A DNA stretch of 64,000 nucleotides from NCBI GenBank assembly GCA_907165135.1, contig OU015566.1, positions 9,672,001 through 9,736,000 of the forward strand. The letters are read 5' to 3'. This stretch comes from Oikopleura dioica. Taxonomy: Eukaryota; Animalia; Chordata. The translations under genes were made by a program, and so were the position numbers. Positions 1 to 11,913 of the stretch are shown here, piece by piece. Position 1 is the first letter of the stretch. Each line of letters begins with the position of its first letter. Under the pieces are notes generated by a model. That model was not told the origin of the DNA. It did no database searches and worked only from the letters and a program-made list of their open reading frames with translations.

Positions 1-226
1 TGTGACAATACGCGTTTCGTGGTTTTGTTGTGTATCTATCACGTGAGCAGTTTGAAAGACCGTTGAACTTTTTCATTTTGACTCTTGACGAGTTTTACAA
101 TTGTCGTTTACTTTTGAATCTGTAGCACCAGTAGTTTTGGTGTATTGTTTATCAGGTTTTTGTTGATGTTGGAGATGGCAGTAGAAGAAATTAATTTAAC
201 CGGGGAGATCCGGGACGAACGTTGAA

Positions 227-3200
227 TTACTAAATATGAGCAGTTATTTAAACGCAGTCATAATAAAACAGAATGGTTTAAATGGAAAATAATTGCTAAC
301 ACACCTGACTAAAAGGAGGATATTGTCCGTGTTGTTGCTGCGGAGGTGCTCCCATGCCTGGTGGGGCTCCTCCTTGTGGTGGTGCTCCGGGATATCCACC
401 TGAAAAGAAAGGATTATTATCGAATACAAATATAGGAGCAAGTTAAATTATCGTGATAAATTTAACTCACGGTGTGGTCGCATACCCCCTGGGTACTGAG
501 GAGGATACTGGCCATATTGAGGATAACCTCTAGGCGGGTATCCTTGGTATCCAGGATGTCCAGGAGGGTGTCCATAGCCAGGCGGCATTCCAGGTCGAGG
601 TGGATAACCACCTGAGCCGGGGTGTCCGTGTGGTGGGTAACCTTTCATTCGGGCTTTGACTGGGTCATTTTCTTATTTTTTCTAAAAGTTTTTCACTAAA
701 GCCGTGCCTTGCGGAGGATATCCAGGATGTCCACTTGGGTAGCCATAAGGGTAGCCTGGTTTCTGCGCCATGCCAGGGTGCATTCCTTGAGGCGCGTGAG
801 GGTTGTATCCTGCTGGTGGTGCACCTTGGGGACTTTGGCCAGGATGGGGTTGAGACTGCCCTTGCATTGCTGGCCCTCCTGGGCTTTGCATCATCGATGG
901 GTGTCCTTGACCTAAAAAGACATCTTAGCTAGATAAAGACTAATAAGGATCTACCCGGAGAAGACTGTTGAGGTGACTGATGCGGGATATTCGGCGACTG
1001 AGCATGTGGTGCTTGAGGCGTTTGCGGATTCACCGATGGGCTCGCATGTGTTGAATCTGGTCTGGGAGGAGGATTAGGCGTCGAAGGCTGTTTCTGGGGT
1101 GATATCTAATACTCGGAATATAAAAGAACTTAAACTGGCGCCAACTACGACCTGTTGTTGCGCCTGCGGTTGAGAGCTGTGTAGATGGTGAGGCTGGTTC
1201 ATGGCGTGTGGAGGGTAGCCTGGCGCCTGGCTACCTGGATACGGCTGGCTGGCTGGCCCACCAGGATAACCGGGGCCATAGCCTGGATGCTATAAAATGC
1301 TAAATAAACTTATAAAAATAACGATTTACCTGTGAGTAAGGAAATCTGTGTGCAGGATTCTGAGCGGCTTGAGGATTAGGTGCTCCAGGTTGCCCAGGCC
1401 CATTCCCATGAAAACCAGGATAACCGGGATGTGGCTGACTTTGTGGCGTAGCTGCTGGATTCTGTTGCGTTGGCATCGCACTGTTTTGAGCTGCAGATGG
1501 AGACTGTTGAATTGGTGTTTGTTGTTTGGGCGGAGGTTGTTGTTGCTGCTGTGGTTGTTGAGCTTGAGAAGACGCCGAAGGAGCGGGACTTTGAGCTGGC
1601 TGAGACTGCGCCTGTTCTTGTGGAGTTTTTGGAGGCTCTTCGGTAATCGACTGGGGAGGTTCGGTTTCGGAACTTGGCTTTGGTGAGACTCTGGCTTCGC
1701 TTTCGGAGTTGACCGCTTGAGGAGGGTTATTTCCAGGAGTTGGCGGATTATCTGGTTGATTTTCCGTAGGAGCGGGAGATTTTACAGCGGATTCAGTCGG
1801 AACGGGAGTTGAGACTGGAGGAATTTGTGTCTGTGATGGCTGATCATTTTCGGTTTCTTGTGTTGACGCAGGAGTTGCTGGCTTTGGTGGGTGACCGTTT
1901 GGAAGCCCGTTCGGTAGTCCTGGGTGCTGCTGTATGCCTGTATGAGCTTGTGGAATGGGTGGTTGGGCCATTCTCGGGCCCTCAGGTCTAATCTGAGACA
2001 GAGTGGCTATTTTGGACAAAAAATAGGGGTCTATCCATCCAAATTCCATCCAAAAAATTTCTAACCGGGTCTATCCATCCAAAATCCAATCCAATCCAAT
2101 TTTCGCCCAATTCCCAACTAAAATCCAATTCCAAGTTCTTCCGAAATTCCAACTTTTCCCAATTCCCAATATGCCCCGATTCCATTGGATTTCCAATATT
2201 TTCCAGCTAGCAAATTCAAAAAAAAACAAACAAACAATACTTATTCTTCAAAGTTTATTTCTGTAGATCCAAGGGCAATGTCTAGGATTGTGCTGGCAGC
2301 AAGTTTGTGGCGTCGAATAGATCGCATCAATGTCGTGAAACTGAAGGCTCGCTCCAGGCTTGAACTTGAGACGGAAGAGTGATGAAGCTAAGAAATGCTT
2401 TATTTTTGAACTCAAAAAAACCGAACCATTAATCCGATTCTGCTCAATCTTGGCAAGGTTTCAGCGTATCGCCGCCAGAACTCTCCAACAATATCATCTT
2501 CCGCAACCTTCTTCATTGCGCAATACTTCTTGTCTAATTTCAAATAAAGTAGATTAATGATGAAAATTACTTACGCGCTTCTATATCAGTATCATTTACT
2601 TCGTCGTACTGAGCAATCTCTTCTTCGATCTTGGAACGGATTTCTTTTGGCTTTCCTAGTCCGCGGCGGTGACTAAGTGGGCCAACAGCGTTATTTTGGC
2701 TGTCACATTGAACATTATTAACGCCAGCTTCAAGGAGCTGTAACAACTGTTCATCTGTCAGCTCGTCGTCTTCCATTGTTCGATCAACCTCTGTGATCCA
2801 GTTCTTCGCTTTTTCGAGCCAATCCTTGGTTCCGTCGACGAGTACTTTCTGAATTATTTTTTGGCATGAAGATAAATACATACCATTATTTTGGAGATGA
2901 AGGGGACTCGGGAATCTTTCATTTTGGCGACGACTGGATGAAAATTCATCGCTATCGATGTAGAGTCGGGTGCCAGGTAAATGCTTGCCAAGTCTTTGTT
3001 GGTAAAACGAAGGGGTACTTGACATGGGACATCGTTTCCATTCATATCAATCCGCTTTTTTGTAACCTGTTCCACCACACTGATGAGCACAGCCTTCGCA
3101 AATCTGGATTCCTCGGTCCGACTGATTGTGATTCGATTGACGCACTCAATCATTATTCGTTCGATTTGCTTGTAGTACGCTGATCCGCAGGCAAGCGAGT

Positions 3201-5924
3201 CAGACTCGAGAATATTGATACTGCGATGAATTTCGATAAGAAGAGGGTTGATTGATCGCGCAAACTGCAGATCTGGGACTGGACACTCAGCGAGAAGATG
3301 GCGTTGAGGGTGGTTGATAGAAAAGAGGTTGTTTAGGCTATCTTCGCTCAAAAGGAGACGCTGAACTCCATAGATTAATTTCCGGAAGCGCGTGGAGCCG
3401 GAAATTCGATCGATGGCCTTCCCTTTCTCCTTTCTGTTGAGGAATGCATCCGTCTTTTCTTCAACAAGTCGTTTGACTTGATCGTCTTCAAGAATTTCAG
3501 TACTCGCTTTTATTTTTGCATTATAAAACTCTTTTATAAGCAAGCGATTAGTCACTTCTTGAGAAATCAAAAACGCATTGATTGACTTGTATCCGACACC
3601 AGCCGGAAGATCACTCGCCGATACTGTAGCTTCACACTTGTCGATGAATTTTTCAAGTGATTCGTACTTCTTATCCTTCGGTCCACCTGGTCTGAGATTT
3701 TGTTCGCACGCTCTCTTAAGGTTGCAACACATTGAATGACTTCCGCAAATGCTACGGTTGATCGTAAAATGCTCGGGCACGGACTCTGCTGCCTGATCGC
3801 TCACAATGCAGACCAAGTTTTTCTCTATCGCATCGGTAAGGTTGTATTCTTCAAATATCTGCTTCAGTTTTTCTATGGTGTGATCCGCAGTTGAGTCCGG
3901 CATCGGAACATAACCGATCAAACAGTTCCAAAATCCGTTTTTGCAGCGAATATTGACCTCAACCCCGAGTATCTTCCAGAGCGTATTTTCTTTAGTTTTC
4001 ACGTATTTGTGGTCTTTAAAGGATATTAAATTGTTAATAAGACAAATTATTCAAAAATTTTTAAAGAAACTTTGAAATCCTTATCCTAGAGAAATTGACA
4101 GGCGGCCCTTTTTTGCCATTTCCGGAAGAATCTGTTGAAGGCGCTCCCGAATTTTCTTTGCCTCTTCTTTCATGTATATTTTGATGGCATCCTTCGAAAG
4201 GCAAAGTTGATTGATGAGCATCTGGCTAAAGGATACATTTTTGAGAAGGCAGCGCATCAGGGCCTTGACAGAGTCATGTGACCAAAACCGGAAGCTTGTT
4301 CCGGTATCGCGCATGACTTGCAGAACTTTCTTCTGGACATCAACTCTGTGGTCCTTGGTGTTATTCAGAAGCGCGAGTACTCTCTGCTCATCTGGTGCTT
4401 GCGCGTGGCGATCCACAATCGGTTCGAGAGTCTTTTTATAGACATCTGTATTTTGATCGTATGTATGGAATGGCTTAAGGTTTTTTAAGAATTTTTACAA
4501 AATGCAAATTTTACCTCTCCTCTGCATTTTTTGCACTTAGCTCCATCTATTCTTGCGCAGCGCAAGTAGCAAGTCGGAAATCCCTCGAAATAGTACTCTT
4601 CAAATTCAAGGTTGAGCTCTCGAATCTTGTCTTGTAGTTTTGTAGGGGTCCATTTCTTCCATTCACCAGTCGGTTGCTCACTTTTTTCATCAGCAGTAAT
4701 TTCCGCTTTCTTTCTATCAACCTCTTCTTTTCGTTTATCCTTGTCTTTTTCGTCACTCGCCACATAAATGCATCTCTTGGAACGCTTGGCAGGTGGACTC
4801 ATCCCTTCTGAAAAAAGGTTGACTAGTAAAAGAAAAGAAAATGCCATTTAAATCGCAGTAAAACTCTCTAATGATCAGTATTTATCCGTCTGAGAAAGGT
4901 AGACTGCGCGTGATGAGTGTAGGTTGAGAACAAACCTGATTGGTCGATCATTTTTTCGCAATTTTTTCTCGGATCCAATCTTGCCAACAACTGCCAATTC
5001 CCCAAGAAGATCCAATTTTCCAATGTCGCCAATCCCCAATTTCCCCCAATTACCCAATTTTACCCAATAAAATCCGATACCCTGGCCATCCAAATTCCAT
5101 CCAAACCTTATTGGATTGGATCCAATCCAATTCCAACTAACCCCCAAGTCCAAAATAGCCACCCTGATCTGAGAAGTCGGTTGAGGGGTTGGTGCTCCAG
5201 GCTGAGGCATGCCGTGTTGCTGAGAGTGCTGCTCAGTCGGCGCAGTTGCTCCTGGAGCGGTGGGATGTGCTGGTCCTCCAGCTGGACCGGGTGTCGGACC
5301 AAGTCCCATTCCAGAACCCTGTTTATCCGCAGCAGTAGCGAGATAGACGAGATTCTTGTGCAGCTTGTTTTGATATTGGACGCAATCTTGGACCATTCCT
5401 AAAAGAATTTCACGAGTTAGAAACCGCGTCTGTAATTACGCTAAAATAAAGGGAATTTTTGAAAATTGACGACATTTAGGCATAAATACGCCCGTTTGAC
5501 GTGACAAATTCCACCGAATGTTGTCTAGATTGTATGAATCAATTGAAATGGAATAAATTAAAGAAAGTGAATAGCGAATTCACAGTTGGGCTCACCCTTC
5601 GACTGGTAGTTGATTATACATTCGATCAAGTGCGTATTTTCGTCGAGAATAAATTGAATCTGTGAGCGGGACGGTGGAGCTGCATTTGGAGGCATTCCAT
5701 GACCATTATGACCGGCACCCGGTGGTGGTGGCACAGGGCCGCGCAAGTCGCCTCGAACCTGAATTCGTAATTTTTAATACGTTTTTAGATTGACAAGATT
5801 ATATTCAGCGTATCAATTACAGTAATCAACGACTAGAAAATTGTTGAGATTACGGTACCTTCCGCAAATTCGCAACTAATTTTGGCAAGTTTAGCGTTAT
5901 GGAAGAGTATTTTTGCTTATCCAT
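227..5924 (-). CDS. SS18: SS18/SYT-family (SSXT domain, QPGY-rich) BAF-complex subunit; multi-exon; one exon interrupted by a hAT element
   Basis: Spliced N-terminus QIQFILDENTHLIECIINYQSKG|MVQDCVQYQNKLHKNLVYLATAAD matches the SSXT motif. Long Q/P/G/Y-rich exons follow, with phase-compatible junctions (5859-5924, 5596-5758, 5163-5398, then 1992 downward). The first exon and terminal stop are hand-predicted. Confidence 0.88.
642..707 (-). other. Non-canonical GC-AG intron with end-pairing stem (SS18)
   Basis: caa g|GCAC-GGCTTT...AAAGCC-cgaatgAAAG|gt; phase 1 joins PPQ-G-YPP. Confidence 0.7.
2241..4802 (-). CDS. hAT-family transposase, about 6 exons, apparently intact
   Basis: N-terminal Cys/His BED-like finger, SISLD (D1, across a splice), CIVSDQA (D2), CGSH (CxxH), STRF, and a C-terminal FW..LP.LS / SSSLERAFS dimerization motif. 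Phase-compatible introns. Confidence 0.88.
4014..4085 (-). other. Non-canonical GA-AG intron with stem (inside hAT transposase)
   Basis: cta g|GAT-AAGGAT...ATCCTT-tAAAG|ac; splicing rebuilds the catalytic SISLD. Confidence 0.7.
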
Positions 5925-6256
5925 TTCCAAATTCAACTGAGAAAGAGAACAGAAAAATGAAGGATTTTTATTGAAAATCTAGAAAAAATAATTTCTAGAT
6001 AAATTCGATGAACTACAGAGCTCCACGAGCGATCCGAGCATGAAAAAGACTCGAGGTTATGAACAAACCTGGCTACCAAAAGACATTCTAGTGAATTCTT
6101 TCTAGAGTTTTCCTTTTTCCCTTCTTTTTTCTTTTCACTCTAAATTGCTGGTGCGAGTTGAATTATTCTCCAACGCTGATTGGCTCGTCTCGGCCATTCA
6201 TTTTGACCGACCCGTTCTCACGGCGCTTGAAAATGGAAATCGACTATTTCACCGAC

Positions 6257-7050
6257 GGGTAGGCTTCACTTTGACAAGAGCTTCATTTCGACAGAGCTTC
6301 ACTTGGACAAAAGCGTCACTTTGACAACATTTTAAAAGGGTCATTTTTATGAATTTGATAAAAAATTCTCATAAAGAAAGTAACAGTTTTCATAAAATTG
6401 ACAAGTTTTTTACATACAGTTAATAATGGAATTTCTGGACATTTTTTGTCCCCCATTTTTCCCGAAAATGTCCAGAAATTCGATACAGAGCCTTCAGAAA
6501 AATGTCCCAACAAAATTGCTTAAAAATTTTTCGAGACGGAAAAATTGACGATTTTTTTCAAAAAAATTACTAAAGAACAATAAAAGAAACGCGCTGTAGC
6601 CGTCTTTCTTGTTATATTATAAGATTTTCGAAGAATAATAGCTCTTTATAGATGAAATTGGCATAAATAACTCAAGTTTGACTAAAAATTTAGATGTCGA
6701 AGACATCTGTTGAGAAAAAATGTCCAGAAATTTGATACCCCCTCTCTTTGAATTTGTCCCAAGAAAACCCCTTAAAATCCGAAAAATGTCCAGAAATTTG
6801 ATGTCCAGAAATTCCATAAAAAACTGTAAATATCCTATAAAATAAATTTATTGGTGAAAAATTTGTCTTTGTTTACTTTTAGATCAAAGAAAACATCTGA
6901 TAGTGTCTATTATTCTTAAAATTTGGCCATTATTAGTTATAATTAATTACGTTATTAATAAATAATCGTTTTTCAAAAGTTGTCCAAGTGAAGCTCTTGT
7001 CCAAGTGAAGCTCTGTCGAAATGAAGCTCTTGTCAAAGTGAAGCCTACCC
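6257..7050. mobile_element. Mutator/foldback-like non-autonomous MITE (794 bp)
   Basis: ~75-bp TIRs starting GGGTAGGCTTCACTTTGACAAGAGC, built of ~17-bp sub-repeats. Perfect 10-bp TSD TTTCACCGAC (6247-6256, 7051-7060). Confidence 0.9.
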
Positions 7051-7664
7051 TTTCACCGACTACCCAAGATCTTTTGGTGAATTTTTTTCTTTTTTCTTAC
7101 AGAAAATTTGTTCACAGAATAAATGTACAGTAGCAGTCATGAAATGGGTATAATTATTATTCTGACTCTTCTGAAAAGTAGTTTCCAATGAAGGCAAAAG
7201 AAGGTTTGATATGCACTTGTTCTGAGGATAAATCCCGCTCGAATACCCGATCTTAAAGATTTATTAGAGGTCGATAATTCTCCAAGAAAGATAGACTTAC
7301 TCGCAATATTTTTCTTGAGTGAAGATTTTGAATATTTTCGGAAGGTAGCTAAATCGAATTTCGACTGAAACCACTTGTTGTAGCCGTAGACACTGATCAG
7401 CAAAAGGTTGAAGATAAGCATCTCGATTTTCGAACAGAGTAATCCAAAAACAACATGAACCTTTTTTATATACGGCTCATTTCGGTAATTATTAATGGTT
7501 ATTTTGAGCGGCCAGTAGCCACTGCCATGTAGACTGTAAATTACTGTGTTGTGAATTGAATGCAATTTTCGATCATCCCTTCTTATTTTTTTTCTAGAAC
7601 ATGCTCTTTGAGGATATTTTTCTTTGCAAAACTGTCAGTTGCAATCTACCCGTTTTGTTGCAAG

Positions 7665-8675
7665 ATGAGTCTTAATTATTACTGGGGCCAGTACATCAAG
7701 GTAAATAAGCTTTTTTCTTTTTTTTTATCCAAAAAATAGCGATTGGAAGAATACCTCGATGGATCTCCAATCAAGCCATACTTGGAAACGGCGGAAAATA
7801 AATTCAAGATCAAAAAACGACACATGGTTCTTGCAGGTAATATTTTTTAACTTTTCTATTTGATGATGTTTTAACAAGTCGGCTTGACGATCGTCTGCAC
7901 AACCATGCACCTGATGGCGCCGCTAGTTGTCTCCCTCATGGCATTTTGCTACCCAGCGATCAAGTCAATCAAGTCGCTCGAATCTGGCGATCCCGAAATG
8001 ACCAAGAAGTGGCTCACCTACTGGATCGTCTACGGCACCTTTTCTGTTGCCGAAGTGTTCGTCGATATTTTGCTCTCCTGGTTCCCGATGTACTTCCTCG
8101 TCAAAATGATCTTCTTGATCTGGTGCATGTCTCCGACTGAATACAATGGATCCATCGTTGTCTACCGATCTGTCATCCTCCCTCTTTTCATGCAACACGA
8201 AGGTAAGATTGTTTTGTGGTAGTCTGTCACACAAAATAGGTAGATGAGAATGCTATTCTTAGAATAGAAAACTTTTCGAAACTCAAATTATTCCTCGTAT
8301 AAAAATAAGATGAAATCTATCTGATAAGTTTATAAAGAATAAATTTAGCGCCGCTCCGACGCGTCTCAATTTTTTCTCCAATGGCTGAAATTATTCGATC
8401 AAGCTCTCCTCTTTCTGATCAAAATGACTCCGTATATGAATCCGCTAATGAAACTCTTACGAATGTCAACTAAGCATCTCTTACTTTTTCTATTTTTTTT
8501 CGCCTTTTATATATCCCTGTATTTTATCCCTGAATAAACGTTTATAGGAAAACTGAACGAATTGAATAACAAGTTGGTCGAAGCGGCTCAGGAAGCAAAG
8601 GACATCGCCGTTGACGAGTTCACCAAGGCTCATGTTGATTCTGTCCGAGAGCAAATCGCCTCCAAACTCGAATAG
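7665..8675 (+). CDS. REEP5: REEP5/DP1/YOP1 (TB2/DP1/HVA22) ER-shaping protein
   Basis: MAFCYPAIKSIKSLES..KKWLTYWIVYGTFSVAEVFVDILLSWFPMYFLVKMIFLIWC is the family motif. GT-AG exons from ATG 7665. The exact ortholog within REEP5/6 is uncertain. Confidence 0.85.
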
Positions 8676-8785
8676 GAATAAACCGACTGTTCTTTTTTGT
8701 ACAATTTCGTTTTATTTATTGCACAGATGAACGAGCACACGAAAAAGGGTGATAAACGTAGTTATGAATTAAATAGCCGTTGTAG

Positions 8786-11700
8786 TCAGTGAGGAAAGTC
8801 GTTTTGGGGAATGGTAGGTTGCTGGGGGAAGCTTTGGAGACCGTTGAGTGCGGCTGGATCACACTGGAGGTTTTCAGGAGGAAAGTTTGGGTAGACCATC
8901 GCTTGATAATGCATTTCTGAAGAAGGAGATTTAGGTGAAGAGATGATTGTTAGTTTACCTTGATTATGAGGCTGCTGAAGATCGACAGCGTGATTTTGAA
9001 AGACATGATCTGGGAAGGGCTCACTCTTGAAAGCGAGCGGAAGATAAGAGCATTGGTTGGGAAAATTGTGGGACGGATACATTCCTTGAAGACGACCTTA
9101 ACATCATAACCGTTACGCAAGCATTTTGAAAAGGAAAATTAAGATTCTCAAATTTAAATAGTGCTCACCTTGTCCCCGAAGCATTGGCTGAGGAGGATTG
9201 ATAGGAATTTGTCCGTTCAGAGCGTGCGCTTGCTGGGCCATTCTACGAAAGAGTTGTCAAAAACGGCATATTTTTGTTTTTAAATTTACCGAAGATCGCT
9301 TTGTCGTTTTGCGATTTTCTTTACTTTTGCGCGTTGATTTTGAAACCAGACTTGTACAACTCGTTGACTAAGTCCAGTCTCATCGGCAAGCTTGTCTCGC
9401 AGCTACAACTCAGAGTGAGAATGCGGATTAGATGTCAGACTGTGCTCTTAAAGAGAACTGCCTATGGAAACTGTCTAGACATAAGGTCAAAATGGGAAGT
9501 CGAAACCATTTCAGATAAATAATTTTTTGGGGACTTTCTACCAAAAAGCTTAGTCAACTAAAGCTGCAACAAATATAAAGTGCAATAAGGACGCTGTCAT
9601 AAAACTTCGGCGCAGACGGAGTGATGACAGTCAATTTGGAGCGAGTCGATATATGAATATTACTTTTTCGAAATTATTGCGGCTGCAATTACCTTGCGAC
9701 AAGGCTTGGGTGTTGTTTCAAATGCCTCCTTGAATCGGCGTCGCTGGGCTTGGTTTAGGATCGTACGTGGTCTTTTTGCTGCTTGGAAGCTTTTACGTTC
9801 TTGACGAGCGTCACTTGAAGAATCGCTCAAGCCTGAAATTAAGATTAATAAATCTTTTCTATTAGCTACAAGAGCTTACGAGATATAAAACGTCACTTGA
9901 TTATTTTTTTTACTTATCATTCTATCGCATAAGATAGAGTAGAATGAAGATCGGACACCGAAAGGCGTAATCTTTTCTCTCAAAGTGATAAAACGGAAAC
10001 GCCTTGATTTTGTGTTTAAAATTTTTGTAACCTTGGAGTCTACTTACTGTCATTGGTGTTGTTTTCTCCTTGGGTCTCGGGCGTCTTAGCTGTATTGTCA
10101 CCTCCAAGCATATTCGACCAAGACCCCATTGGGCTAACAATCGACTGGTATCCAGAAGACTCACTAGCAGAGCATTCGGTCTTCACCATTCTTCCGTTTG
10201 CATCATTATTCACTTGATAGCCGTTCATTTTTGTTTAATTAAATCGAACTAAAAATATAATGCCGGCCCGAAGTACTGAGAAACAACGCGAACGAGAAGT
10301 TTATACAATTTACGGTCTAGCACATCAAGTGTTCGATATAGTACCCTTCGATCCACGCACCCGTGTTCCGCAGTTACTTTCCTTATCTTATGAAATAGGT
10401 GATCTGTCGTAGTGATAGGAAATTTTTTCGTAAATAAGAATGAACGGGTGCCTGAAATGTTCTCTTTCTTGATGTCAACAGAACTATCGCCCGGGGATGG
10501 TAAGCTTCGTTTTTGCATACAGTTGAAACAGACGATGTCGGATGGATAGTCGATCGAGTACTGCTCGCCGGAGTCGATTTTTGTCAAGCAAACGGTGCAT
10601 TTGAAGCAACTTGAAATTTTTTTACCATTTCTTTTTGGTCAAGCTTACCTCCAGTGAAAAACGGATGTTTCCGTTTTCATGATAAATTCGCCTGGTGGAA
10701 TAACTTCCTTACAAGCATCACATAAGGATTTGACGCTAAAATATTCAATTATAGTACTTTTGACTCGAAAGAGTGTTCTTCTTAGAAGAGATCAAAGCAG
10801 ACCCCACTGATCGGCTTCTTTGGAGAACTTTCTTTCTCCCGCTGAGCGCGCGAAATTGAAATAATTAAAATCACAGTCGGACTAGTAATGAAGACAAAAG
10901 TTGTTCAATCATTTTATGACATTCTTTTTCTACCGAAAATGTTGCTTTTATGTGAATCGAGACAAAAATATCGGATCGATAGTTCTGATAATTGCTCTGA
11001 TTATTTTTCTTCCACACTGTACCACGAAAGATAAGCACTTTATGTAAGGATTGATAATGTTTAAAATTACCGTTTTTTTTTCTCTCTTTGTCTAGTCACC
11101 GAAAATACCGGCTTTAGTCTCTGATGATGATCGGGAGGATGAAAAAGGGAGGGACTCTCAAGTTGTTTTAGGGACAACGAGCGTGTTGAAAATGGGTCCG
11201 AAAAATGCCACCTTCAGATGAAAAGTGCTATCAAAGAGTAAGGATCATCTTTTTCATATAATTATTATTTTAATCATTTAAATGTTGAAAGAATGAAGGA
11301 CTTTAAACTGCATTTCCAAAGCAATATTTTGCTCGACAAATGTTGTGGTGGTCTAGTTGGCCGAAATTTCCCATCTTTAGAGGCTTCTTTTGCAGTTGAG
11401 GACACTTACTTTTTTTAATGATTGAGTATCACTTAATGTTTTCATAATTTCATAATTTAAACTCAATCTCCTTCTCACGTGTCTATCTATCTTGATTCTG
11501 TACCGTGAATAATGGGCGTATCTTATTTTTGTCTTTTATCATTTACGAAAGAATTTCGAATAATTGTGGATGCGTGAATAATTTAATTTGGCCCTATTCG
11601 AAGATTCGAGCGCAGATATTTTTGTCTGATAAGTATTTACCTTTCGTAGTCGTCTTTACAATATAACTTTGTTCCTTTGACATAGCAGCTCTCGCCAAGC

Positions 11701-11913
11701 TTCTGTGTGCAGTTGTTACAGTTGATGCATTCGTTGTGAAAATTGAAACCGGCGACATTTGACTAAAAAGGTATTTCTTTGCTGATTTCTTGGAAATTTA
11801 ATAACTGTAAAGTTATTGAGCAATATTCTTGACAATTATTTTTAATTAACGATTCTTACGAGGTTCTCCATTGCGGTCAGACTCTCTCGGCACGCGAAAC
11901 AAAAGGTGTTCAT
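8786..11913 (-). CDS. Lmx1: LIM-homeobox transcription factor, Lmx1 class
   Basis: LIM1 [26 protein letters not shown] and LIM2 [21 protein letters not shown]. Homeodomain [28 protein letters not shown]|[29 protein letters not shown] is diagnostic of Lmx1. The phase of the 3' exons is not fully resolved. Confidence 0.92.
10213..10451 (-). other. Non-canonical GC-AG intron with 9-bp perfect stem (Lmx1)
   Basis: tca g|GCAC-CCGTTCATT...AATGAACGG-ctatcAAG|tg; the stem extends to 14/16 bp. Confidence 0.75.

Larger units (their letters stand above)
1999..5166. mobile_element. Autonomous hAT DNA transposon (3168 bp)
   Basis: 19-bp TIRs: CAGAGTGGCTATTTTGGAC (1999-2017) and the reverse complement of 5148-5166, CAGGGTGGCTATTTTGGAC. 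Perfect 8-bp TSD ATCTGAGA (1991-1998, 5167-5174). CCAAT-rich subterminal repeats and an internal transposase. Confidence 0.95.

Noticed and set aside
4875-5162. ORF extensions running into the hAT ends (also 1993-2049)
   Set aside because: Read-through from the SS18 exon into TIR/subterminal repeats, not real protein.
7137-7565. 142-aa minus-strand ORF with a possible signal peptide (MLIFNLLLISVYG)
   Set aside because: AT-rich, no recognisable motif or convincing splice partner; insufficient support.
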